A stretch of 63,923 nucleotides of DNA, filler included, from Reclinomonas americana ATCC 50394 (taxonomy: Eukaryota): assembly GCA_048213135.1 (NCBI GenBank). It is 8 parts of 8 records of this genome, joined end to end, with 100 filler letters (N's around TTAATTAATTAA, not from the genome) between each part and the next. Parts side by side here need not be neighbours in the genome. Positions count along the whole stretch, not along the records: positions 27,787 to 52,031 come from AFZH01017882.1; positions 52,132 to 56,392 come from AFZH01017883.1; positions 56,493 to 59,086 come from AFZH01017884.1; positions 59,187 to 61,680 come from AFZH01017886.1; 4 more parts are not named here. One strand, 5' to 3'. Both the position numbers and the translations under genes were made by a program. Shown one piece after another: positions 51,108-61,780 of the stretch. The notes beneath the pieces are model-generated. The model searched no databases, was not told the DNA's origin, and saw nothing but the letters and a program-made list of their open reading frames with translations. Within the stretch, counting starts at the first letter, position 1. The number at the start of each line of letters is the position of its first letter.

Positions 51108-52375
51108 TCACGCCCTGCGTGGAATGTAATCACCGGCGGCCCAACGAGTCAGATCCGCCATCTCCTTGGTGTTGAACTGCCGTGCGTCGGCAAAGTGACG
51201 CGCCGTCTCCGCGATGCGAAGACCCGCCGCTGCGATTGATCGTGGCGGTGAATCGACAGGTGAGAGAATATCATCAATCAAAAACACGCAGTCGACTCAC
51301 CAGCGCCAAACTTGAAACCGTGACCCGAGCAGCAGCTGACGAGCAGAGTGTTGGCGTGCACTGGCTCCACCACAAACTTTTCGTCGATTGTCGTGGAGTA
51401 GAAGCACGTCATGCCGCGCTCAACCTTGTACTGATTGGCGTCGGTCAGCGCGTACTTGCAAGTCTGCATCATCGTCACACAACAGAAGTGAGTCGATATC
51501 AGTCGGCAAGTGCCAGTCGTGAGCGCCGGCCAACCTCAAAAAGCTTCTCAGCCTCCTCTGCAGACGAGGTGCGGTCGGAGTCGGGGTGGCCCTGCTGCGT
51601 GAAGGTGTGGAATCCCATCTTCAGTCCCGTTCCGGGAATGGGTGGCACCACGTACAGGCCACTCTCCGTGCCAATGTCGAGCAGCATGGGAGCCTGTACA
51701 TGCCACAGTGAACAACACAAACACGCACGCAGAGGGAAAGTGAGACATGATCGCGGCGCACCTTGGACCACGCCTCGCGGAGGTGTGGAGGAGGCTGGAC
51801 GTACACCAGCACCTGCCGTGAGGCAGTGATTCGCTTCTTGGTGCTCGGCAACAGGTCGCCGAGCCAGGCACCAGCACACACAAAGGTGAGATCGGACTTG
51901 AACGAGGCACCGCCGGCGGTCTTGATGAGACCCGATGGCGACATGTCGACAACGCGGGCATTCGGCACAAACGTGACATTCGGCTGCATCGCACGCATAG
52001 TGAGTGGCAGCACGATCTCCAGTCTGGAGAGNNNNNNNNNNNNNNNNNNNNNNNNNNNNNNNNNNNNNNNNNNNNTTAATTAATTAANNNNNNNNNNNNN
52101 NNNNNNNNNNNNNNNNNNNNNNNNNNNNNNNCGCACACCACACACACGCATGCATGGAAACACACGGCACGCAACGGATAGCGAATGAGGCGGTGCTGGT
52201 CCACGGAAGAACCCAGTGGGTTTGGCAGCGTCGGCGACGCCTCCAGCACCGTCACTCGCGTCGAGGCCGCCAGTGCACCGGCACGCACGAGTCGAGTCAG
52301 ACCCCATGCGATGCTGAGACCATACAGACCGGCACCCACAACGTGGATGTTGAGACCTGCGGCGCGGCTTGTCAT
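51108..52375 (-). CDS. FAD-dependent oxidoreductase, sarcosine oxidase/PIPOX (DAO) family (spans gap)
   Basis: Motifs IHVVGAGLYGLSIAW, PNPLGSSVDQHRLIRYP; after the gap FVCAGAWL, LYVVPPIPGTGLKMG, TCFYS, CSGHGFKFG. Confidence 0.9.
52032..52131. other. Assembly gap spacer
   Basis: N44-TTAATTAATTAA-N44, inside the FAD oxidase gene. Confidence 0.98.
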
Positions 52376-52444
52376 GGCGTTGCCGGATGACGACGGACGA
52401 GATGACTAGGACGCGGGACGGGAACAACGGCCCTTTTCTCTTTC

Positions 52445-53599
52445 ATGCTGGAGTCGCCGCTGTTGCGTGCTGTGCGTCTCGCACTGCAGACGAGGCGACA
52501 GCAACTGGAGGCGACAATGTCGAGGCCGACAATGCATGCATTTTCTCCTCTCGACAGTGCCGACGGTGGTGGTGACGACGATGATGACGACGATGACGAT
52601 GATGAAGTGGAGGCAGACGAGGAGGGAGGCGACGAGACGGCAGATCGTGAGGAATGGGATCGTCGGCGGCGGCAGGTTGCCATCCTGTTAGATCGGGCGC
52701 AGATGTTGAAACAGCCTGCGATGCGACTCTTTGCCGCACGTTTGCGCGAACTCGGTGGGGCGGTGCGTGAAGCGTCGTCCATTCAAGCATGCTGTCGTGT
52801 TGTCGTTGTCGATTCTCCTGACGATGAGTGCAGGAAAAGTACGGCTTGTCGTGGCACCCTGGTCTGCGACAGCCGCCCACGTTTCAGCCGCAGCTCGACT
52901 GCGATCCGTACGAGGGCGGTGGGTGTGTGTGTGAGATGTTCGTGGAGAGTTGCAGCTCTTGCCAGTCCGCTTGTCGCTGACACACGAGCAGCCTGTCGTG
53001 TTCCATCATGCACGTGTCAGCACTTTACGCGGTGGCCGTCGTCGTCGGGCCTGTACGTGTACAACCCAAGCATCGTGCAGCCGGAGACTGAGTTGTGCCA
53101 GACGTGTGCACATCCGCAGGCAGAGCACTCGTTGGCCAACGACGGCTTTGATCGCTCCACGCTGTCCGAGTTCTCGTTGCGTGCGCCGGCGAAGAAGTCT
53201 GTCGCGCGCTTCCTCCTCTCCACTGCCGACAATCGTAATACTGCGCAGGGCGGAAAATGTGGACACGTATGGCGTTGTGCTGCAGCCTGGTCTGCCAGCA
53301 CAGCACCCGGTGGATGTACCGACGTACCAGCTGATGGTTGGCAGTGTTTTCATCACTCGTTGACTGCACTCTGCTGCTGACAAGCGCACAGGAGTACTAT
53401 CGGCTGCATCCCGATGCACCGGGGGCACAAGGTAACTTTCCGCATGCATCGCCTTGCCGTACACACACACAGCGCCTCACACTGCAGTGCAGACCGTCCC
53501 CGTCCACTGACGCTGGCCAGCGACGCCGAGTCGGCGTCCAACAGCGGACTGAGTGCACTGATCGCGGACGACAGCACCCCGTCGGGCTCCATGTTCTAA
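52445..53599 (+). CDS. Hypothetical protein with acidic tract and Cys/His (possibly zinc-binding) motif
   Basis: Poly-Asp near the N-terminus; CRVPSCTCQHF...CQTCAHPQAEH; last exon ends at TAA 53597-53599. Internal splicing partly uncertain. Confidence 0.5.
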
Positions 53600-53611
53600 C
53601 TGTGCGTTCAT

Positions 53612-56600
53612 TCACGTGGTGCGCACGTCGACGGAGCTCATGTCGTCCGTCAACTCGTCGCCTGACACGGCAGACGGTGTGCACTTGCCGGCGATCGCCT
53701 CCGTATCGCCGTCTTCGTCGTCGCCCTCCTCGTCCTCGTAGTCATCGTCCGTCTCGCTATCGCTGACATTGTCGAGCGATGCTGCGGTGCTGGAGGCGGT
53801 GCCCTCGTCGCTGCTGCTACTCGTCCCTACTGGCTCATCCAGCGCACCGCGTAGTGCCTCCAACCAAGACGAACACTGCCACACAACGCTCGTTCGTGAG
53901 TGAACACACTCGGCAAAACGCAACACACGCACGGTACCTGAGCAGGTGTGGTGGTCGTCAGCTGGATGGATCGCTTGCCTTGAATGTGTACCACAAATGA
54001 ATCCGCTGTGCGTCGATCGACACGAGATGGGTTAGTTTTTCCTTTCGCTGCGTCGACAATCAATGGTGCATCGCTCTCACCTGTGCCCATGACTGACTCC
54101 ACACGTGGTGGCAAGTAACCGTTGCCGGCTCCACGCAGGGGGATCATGCGTACGCGGTGGCGGCCGAGCAGACGTGATGTGCGGATCACCAGCGAGTCAT
54201 TGAAGAGCACCACCAGTGCCTTCTTGCCCTTGCCGGGCGCCGAACCAGGACGCGACTTGCGTAGTTCGCCCTCCAGCAGCACTCGACGCCACACCTTGCG
54301 GTCGGAAAGACCGAGTTCTGTTTGCAGCTCGCGGACTCGTTGAATGTTCTCGTACTCGCTGTGTGCGCGCACGTGTCAGTGAGGGAACAAAATCAACGCA
54401 TGAGCGGTGGAATACGTGATACCGTCGTTTGGTGTTGCAGTACTCGGCTGCATCACATACACATATACGAGAGTGGAGATCAGCTACCAGTCACCACACG
54501 GCCGCAACGCACACACACACACATACACACCGATTTCCTTCATGCCGCCGAGTGCCTGCTCCACGACACCGTATGCCGGTTCGTCGGCATCCATGTGCTT
54601 CAGATAATCCTGACCATTCGACGTTGTCAATCTCACGTGCGGCGGTAAGACAAGGAGGCTGGTGTATGCAGCGCACCTGCAACAACAGATTGTAGCGTGG
54701 CAATCGTTGAATCGGCTTGACAAGTTGACCCTGCACGCCGAGAAACAAACATTATTCTGACAGTGGTGCATGTACAGAGTGCCCACTGTGCGCCGCACCT
54801 CAAGATTGACACCAAACAGACGCGGATCTTGCTCGGCTCGCCGCAGGAATGCGTCCAATGAACGCTGGCTCTTGCGCTTGCTCGTCAACAGTTCCATCAC
54901 CGCCTCGTACCTATCATCATCACGAAAATCAGTGCTCCCCATTCACCAGTGCGCGTGGAAGCCATTGTGCGCAACTTGTTGATGTATGCCGTGTACAGTC
55001 TGTGCAGACAAATAGTGATTAGACGAGGTCAGCAGGCGATGCCGGCGTCAGGGCGACACCGCAACTTGAATGCTTGCGAGCTCTCGAGGAATAATCGCGA
55101 CGGATCCAGCGACCGCAAACACTCATACCACTGCACGGCAGACATGTTGGCACCCTCTTGCTTCACGAGAGCAAGTGTGCGCTCGACCATGCGCGTGAGG
55201 TCCTCCAAGAAGTTGGTGTTGAGTCGGCGGATAACCTCCAAGTCGTCGAACACCTGCGAGAGCACAGCCGGCGGCAGCAGCTTTGATTCGCGAAGCGGCT
55301 CCTCAAAGATCTGCAATGTACGCGTCACACCACCCAGCGTTCGCTACGAAAAAGAAACTGCACGGAAGAGAACCTCGTGAATCAAGTTGAGCGACTCGAC
55401 ATACTTGCGCTCCGTATCCAGCAACTCTTGCACCACCTGCAACGACGCTGAGTCGGAAGTAACACACACGGGACTGGCCGTTCACGCCTCATAACGCAAC
55501 TCTAGCTCGGTGCTTCATCGGTGGCAATCGCTTCGCCAACGCTTCGTCCATGGCGGAAGTTGAATTCACCTTTTCGGCGGTTCGCAGCACGGCCGCAATG
55601 TCACCACCACGGAATGCCGGCGCAGAGACGACGCGCCGGTGAGAAGCGGCACCCGCAGATTCGTCGGCAATGGCGGCCCCGAGTGAATTGGCGGCGACCG
55701 CAGCAGCGACGGCGGCTGCTCCCTCGGGCGGCGGAACGATCTCGCCTGCGCTCTGGGGGAGCACACCATTCATGAACACGACGAGCGAAGAGAAGCCATT
55801 CATTCATTGCTCACAGACCTCGCGGACAAGCCAATCCGCAATGTGCTCCCACACGGGTGCCGAGGCGGGGTGCGTCGTAAGGCCCATGTGCGACGGGGCA
55901 CTGGGAGGGACAAGAATGTGAAACTGCAAATCCATGGTCATCGAAAACACACTGCCGACGCCAGCTTACCGCTCTGCCACGTGCTTCAAGTTCTCCGGCA
56001 AGTGTTCGTGGCCCGGTTCCAGCACCACCAGCGACACTTGGTCACGTCGCTCCTGCAGCAGCGGGTCGAGGAAGTGCAAACCGTAGCGGGTACTGATCAT
56101 GTCGTCGGGCTCGGTGAAGACAAACAGGCACGGGCAGGTGATGTGTCGCAGGTTTGCGCGATAGCACTCCTCGCCAGCACCTGCGTCACACATTACATCA
56201 AAATAATGGATGGTGGTACTGCACTTGGCGCGCTTCGTGCTCACCGTGTGCGCTGCCCCATCGATTGCGTTTCCAAAAGTCGGAAAACGCGCTGGCCAAC
56301 TCCGACTCCTCGTCAACCGATCCCAGACTGCGCAGCGACAAGACGAGGTGAGGGGGCGAGACCACTGTGAACCTTCTCCATGAGCAAACACCNNNNNNNN
56401 NNNNNNNNNNNNNNNNNNNNNNNNNNNNNNNNNNNNTTAATTAATTAANNNNNNNNNNNNNNNNNNNNNNNNNNNNNNNNNNNNNNNNNNNNAAGTGAGT
56501 GTGAGAGTGTAGGGGGGAGAGAGGAAAGTGAGGAAAGAATGGGAGCGAGAGACGCAGAATGTGACGCACCACTGCTATGATCAAGGCCAGCACGGCAGAG

Positions 56601-56620
56601 AACGCGATCCACAGAAACAT
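53612..56620 (-). CDS. Fusion protein: N-terminal TM anchor, alpha/beta-hydrolase, DH-PH RhoGEF (spans gap 56393-56492)
   Basis: MFLWIAFSAVLALIIAV; NLRHITCPCLFVFTEPDDMIS; SHMGLTTHPASAPVWEHIADWL; 66-nt phase-0 intron 55818-55753; LPPMKHRAR..VVQELLDTERKYVESL; LVKPIQRLPRYNLLLQDYLKH; RRVLLEGEL..LFNDSLVI. Confidence 0.75.
56393..56492. other. Assembly gap spacer
   Basis: N44-TTAATTAATTAA-N44. Confidence 0.98.
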
Positions 56621-58029
56621 GGTGATCGACTTAGCAACACACGCACGCACACAAACAACGACACCACACAACGAAGAAGGCTGAGATTTGGGCGCGAGGG
56701 ACAACTCCGATGCACTTCACGCGCGGGCCGACAATTACAGGCAAGGCAAACAAGTATACTAGGGCGCAGGCGATATACAGATAACAAGAAGAAGCACCGC
56801 GGATTGACGCGGTGCACGCGAAACATAACAAAGAAAGGCTGAACCGACAATCCGAACACAGACGTGATGGCGGGACGTCCTCCATCACACACACCGCCAG
56901 TGCTGGCAGTGAGCGAGTCGTTGCTGACCTCCACTTGGCGAAGTGGCAGGCTGGCAAGGGCTATATCTGGTTCCAGACGTGGGCACTCAGCACCCTTTGT
57001 GAGGAGGCTCCCTCGAGGAGATGTTGGAGGTGGGGATCCAAATGCCAGCGTTCGTGGTGGCGAAGGGTGCGTCGATAGCGGCATCCAGTTGCGGAAACTC
57101 TTGTGGTCTGCGCGCCAACAAACCACGATGAGACGGAGCTCGAGAGCGCGCGAATTCTAGAATCTTAGCATCTTCTCGCACTCACTCTAGCTTGTGGTTT
57201 GTTTCACCCTTATCCTCAAACAACACTTCACTGGACACACACGCACACATATCTTCCCATCTGTGCCCTCGTGATTCTCTCTCTGTCGCCCTCTTCACTG
57301 TTCGCGCGCGCGCGATTTGCTTGCTCTCTTGTCTGGTGAAAAGAATCGCTCGCATCGCACAAGAAAACCACGATCCTACAACTGCTGACGTCTTCGCGAG
57401 TGCGTCATGGCATCAGAGAGGCGGAAGAGACAAGAGAAGGACATGACTGAGGCGATCGGAGGTGTGACGAGGGGCGATACAACAAGGAAAACGACGACCT
57501 ACACGCGTTGGTCTCTCTCTCTACAACACACCACGCAGTAGAGAGGTACTGGCGTGTTGGGAGAGGAAAGGAAGTGGCAGGAACAGGCGCGGAGTGCCTT
57601 GAGGTGACATGACTGATCTCCCACTGGCGACACGCCTCGGAGACGCAACTCTTCGTCTGGGTTCATGGCCAGAGGGGGAGGTGGTCAGTGGAGTAGTTGG
57701 GCGCCTCTTGAGCTTCGTGCTTCGTAGCGGAGTCTTCTCCTCTCTCTCGAAAGTCAGCGAGCAATGTAAAAACAAAAGGGAGAATCAATCGCTTTTGGCA
57801 GTGCTGCCTGATTTGTTGACAGGTCTACAGTGCTGTCTCATGTCAGACAGTCGTTCCTGGCTCTCCAACGGCAGCACGATGGATATCGATGTCGATGGCG
57901 TGCTTGGGATATCGGGGCTGTATGACCGCAAATATAACGTTAAGCTGCTGCGACTCTTCATCAATTATTCATTACGTTACATTTTCACAAGTCAAAAAAC
58001 ACGCTGTGCATACTATACACACAATCTCA

Positions 58030-58596
58030 CTAGTCACACTCCATGCCCTCGGCAGGCGCCGGCCACAGCCCGAAAGAGGGTGGCGCCAGCCTCGACTGCG
58101 AAGGCACTCGCAGCGCCGACATTACTGGAATACGACGCACAGAGCCAGAGGCCACCGGAAGGGCCGGAAGCACATCCATCTCGCCGTTGCTGGCAAACTC
58201 AGCCATCTCCTCCGGCGCACTTGGCATGGTGGCACGAACCCCGTCGTCGACAAACACAAGCTGAACCAGCCGGCTGTAGTCGAAGCCGACAATCACCAAC
58301 TCCATGAGGACGGAGTAGAGGTTCTGCACGCACAGCATGCAGCATCGGTTCTCGGGGCACTCGGCGGTGGGCTTCGGGTTGTCTACCGCATGGACACCGT
58401 CCTGCGGCTGGCACCGCACAATCGCCGGCCTGTTGTCGGCGGTGATGGAGAACATGGCACCAAAGCACGTCGGGGAAGGGTACTTGTGCAAGTAGATAAT
58501 GAGGCGGTTGTTCTCGCGGTCCATCTCCAGCCGCGCCGGCCGAGAGAAGTTGCAGTAGTCCACCACGAAAATCTCTGGCTCCCAGTCTCGATACAT
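58030..58596 (-). CDS. Hypothetical intronless protein (~188 aa)
   Basis: Starts MYRDWEPEIFVVDYCNF; GC3-rich codons, CT-rich leader, globular-looking composition; no domain recognised. Confidence 0.5.
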   Translation of the reverse strand: MYRDWEPEIFVVDYCNFSRPARLEMDRENNRLIIYLHKYPSPTCFGAMFSITADNRPAIVRCQPQDGVHAVDNPKPTAECPENRCCMLCVQNLYSVLMELVIVGFDYSRLVQLVFVDDGVRATMPSAPEEMAEFASNGEMDVLPALPVASGSVRRIPVMSALRVPSQSRLAPPSFGLWPAPAEGMECD

Positions 58597-59086
58597 GGCA
58601 GAGGAGTGGAGGGCTAGGAAAGGATGAAAGAGGGGGTGGAGGGGAGGGGTGGAGGGGAGGTGGAGTGGTTGGCTCAAATCGGAGACTGCATGCCAAATGG
58701 AGAAGAAAGAGCAAAATCTGTCAGAACACTCTTTCCGTGCCCTCTCACCCTCACACACCCATACCCACGCACACGCCCAACGAGTATCGAGAGAGACACG
58801 CCCGACAAGCAGAAGAAAAGCAGAGGAACCAATCATCAAGTTGTTGTCAGAGAGCCAAAGGGTGTTGAATGATCCACGTCACGCAGACTCTCTCACACAT
58901 ACACACACTCACACACACTCAGAGAGAGAGAAAGAGAGCAAGAAACACTCTCCCACACAGTCAGAGAGAGCAAGAATGACACACGTCCATCTGCGTCAAG
59001 TTCACATCCATGACATACAACACAAAGAGTTTAAGACCGCGCCTCTGTCGAGGTTGAGCGGACACTGGCGCAGCAGCAGCAGCAGC

Positions 59087-59186
59087 NNNNNNNNNNNNNN
59101 NNNNNNNNNNNNNNNNNNNNNNNNNNNNNNTTAATTAATTAANNNNNNNNNNNNNNNNNNNNNNNNNNNNNNNNNNNNNNNNNNNN
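59087..59186. other. Assembly gap spacer
   Basis: N44-TTAATTAATTAA-N44. Confidence 0.98.
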
Positions 59187-59214
59187 TGTTTGTGTGCTTG
59201 TGTGTGCGTGTGAG

Positions 59215-60162
59215 CAGCAACTTGCCAAGGCGTTTGGTGGTGGCGCCAACCCCGGCGACCAGATGCAGATGTTTGATGGCATGAAGGGCCAGATTGCAAT
59301 GGTGCTCTCCAATGTCGCCACCTATGCCATCATCTCGCAGCTCTTTGCCGGCATTGTGGCTGGTTCGATGCGCTATCCTGTCTTCTCTTCTCCCACCACC
59401 TCACTTCCTTTCTTGTGTGTCGCACAGGCAAGCTGCCGTTCTCGCTGCTCGACAAGTTCCGACCAATGACGCAGCGCGGTGTCGATCTGCCGGGCCTGGA
59501 GATCAGCTACGTGACGTCGCTGTCGCTGTACGTGCTGGTGATGGTGGGCGTCGGTGGATGCGTGGCGCTGCTGCTCGGCGGCCAGAATGGTGCGTCGATC
59601 TTCTTTGTTGTGATTCTGCGCACCTTTTCTCAACCGCAGTGCGCAGACACGGCGATGATGACGCGCGCCATGGTGGCACCGATGCCTGGCATGGGTATGC
59701 CGGGCCAGGCGAACGCCAAGGACCCGCAGGCCATTCTCAAGGCCGAGACCGACAATCTGCACACCATCTCCTACCGCAGCGCCGTCAGTGTGTGCCACCG
59801 CAACTGGTTCTCGCCGCAGCCGTGGCTCGCCGTGGGCAGCACTGCTGCGCCCTCCGCTTCGTCAGCGGCCTCATCCGCTGCTGCTGCTGCTGTGGCGTCT
59901 TCCTCCTCTTCTTCGTCGTCATCGGCGGCGGCCGCATCCGCTGCTGGTCTGTCGTCGTCGAGCGGTTCAGCGGCTGGTGAGTTCGACACACTCGGCGTGG
60001 ACATGGACGAGTCGGGCTCGCGTCGTTCTGTTGCGTCGACGCTGTGTTTGTGCATTGCGATCAGCAGCTCTTTGTGTCTTCCGTCTCACGCATGACAACT
60101 GTGAACAGAACGCCAAGCTCGACCAGCTGCGCGACAGAATGTCAAAGCAGCGTCGCCGCTAA
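59215..60162 (+). CDS. EMC3: ER membrane protein complex subunit 3; 5' end lost in gap
   Basis: Motifs MFDGMKGQIAMVLSNV..ISQLFAGIVAGKLPFSLLDKFRPMTQRGVDLPGLEISYVTSLSLYVL and DPQAILKAETDNL. Confidence 0.88.
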
Positions 60163-60276
60163 GCAACACGAACAGCGTGCGTCCACGTGTGGAGCCCCCC
60201 TCGTGAGAAGCACAATGAATGAACTTCGTGGTAGAAACAAGAACCATCGTACGATGTCCCACACCCCTTACCTCGT

Positions 60277-60409
60277 ATGAGCAGTGGGAGCTGGCTGCCG
60301 CAACGGTGTCCGCGGCCCTCACAGCGCCTCGTATTAGGCATCGTGGCCGTGCTCCTCCTGCTCCTCTTTGTCTGGTCTGCTGCATTCATCATGCACACAC
60401 ACACACACA

Positions 60410-60442
<33 letters not shown>

Positions 60443-61427
60443 TCTCACACACAGGCGTCTCACACGCATTCCGTTTGTGCAACTCAACGGCGACGAGCAC
60501 CTCGGCCTCATCGAATCTATCGCTGCACTGCGACTGTACAGCGACGAGGCAGTGGGAACACCGTTGGTGTTGGATGTCGGGGCCAATCAGGGCGGGGTGT
60601 CAATGATTGCTGCGCTGCGTGGCTTCCAGGTGGTGGCCTTCGAGGCCATCGAGCACAACGTGAGCAGAGTGCGCGCAGCAGCAAAACGCTACGGTGTGGA
60701 GAGCAGCGTGCGAGTGGTACACGGCGCGGTGTGGGATCGCGCTGGCGACACCAAGTACTTTTTGCCGCAGCCGAGTGCCGACTACGACGGGCAGATGATC
60801 AAGCAGCAACGGAGTGGCGGAGATACAACTGGTGCTGCTGCGTCGGTGCCCGTGCAGACTGTCACCATTGACGAGGAGGCGGTGCCGGCGGATCGCGATG
60901 TCGTGCTTCTCAAAATCGATGTCGAAGGCTGCGAGTATCGTGCCCTGCTCGGTGCTCGACGACTGCTGGAGACGCGCCGTGTGCCGTTCGTCCTCGTCGA
61001 GTACTCGCCGCTCAACCTGAAAACCGTGTCGGACCTGGCCGAGCCGGAGCAGATGCTCACGTTCCTCGTTACGCAACAGCGCCGCATGAGAATGATCGCC
61101 GTAGCGCAAGTTGCTCATCGCGTTAAAACGCAGTCGGATCAAGGCTACGAGCTGTTCCTGTACTCGTGCCACTGGACGCGTGCCACCTCCGTGCCCTGGT
61201 CATGCCATCCGGACCGGTACACGCCGCAGCTCGTGCAGCAGGCGACCTCGGCCGGTGGCACCTACACGGGCGCCTTCAGACACTCGCCTCTGGCGCACGC
61301 CAAGCACATTCGCCGGAGCGACTTTGCCGAGTTCACCAACTGGATGGTCCGGCAAGGAGGACCCTTCCGCTCTCTCGCCGACATACTCGCCGTTCGCGCC
61401 AGAGACATTCCCATACCGCCAGAGTGA
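60277..61427 (+). CDS. FkbM-family SAM-dependent methyltransferase, type II membrane
   Basis: N-terminal TM LVLGIVAVLLLLLFVW; motifs VLDVGANQG, VVAFEA, VTIDE, LLKIDVEGCEYRALLGA. Confidence 0.88.
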
Positions 61428-61473
61428 ACTTCGCACAAACAAGTCCCACACTCTTCGTTGTTCCGTTTCCATC

Positions 61474-61680
61474 ATGATGGCAGAGCGCGACTTGCCGACT
61501 GTGCGTGAGTACGTTAACAACGTGTCGCGACTGGCCAAGTCCGCAGTGGAGGCCGACAAGCTGGGCGATTTGGTGTGTGTCTGTCTCTGTGTGTTTATTC
61601 TCTCTTCCTCGCACTCTCACACGTTCCTCTTGTCACGTACACGCACACAGGATGTGGCGCGTACACAGTACCGAGAAGTT
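61474..61680 (+). CDS. MIT-domain protein, N-terminal fragment
   Basis: EYVNNVSRLAKSAVEADKLGDL|DVARTQYRE fits the MIT A...D...A...Y pattern; runs into the gap. Confidence 0.6.
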
Positions 61681-61780
61681 NNNNNNNNNNNNNNNNNNNN
61701 NNNNNNNNNNNNNNNNNNNNNNNNTTAATTAATTAANNNNNNNNNNNNNNNNNNNNNNNNNNNNNNNNNNNNNNNNNNNN
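61681..61780. other. Assembly gap spacer
   Basis: N44-TTAATTAATTAA-N44. Confidence 0.98.

Noticed and set aside
646..55500. GTTGCG introns as introner transposons
   Set aside because: Intron interiors are not similar to each other, no terminal inverted repeats or target-site duplications are evident, and positions are shared between diverged paralogs.
23919..55968. In-frame stops inside genes (TAG 23919, TAG 41810, TAA 55966) suggesting a reassigned genetic code
   Set aside because: Each is removed by a normal-length GT-AG intron (23921-23986, from 41812, and 55980-55924), and TAA, TAG and TGA all serve as genuine terminators elsewhere.
57609..58307. 232-aa plus-strand ORF as a gene
   Set aside because: No motif, mixed composition, and it overlaps the more convincing minus-strand ORF; support is insufficient.
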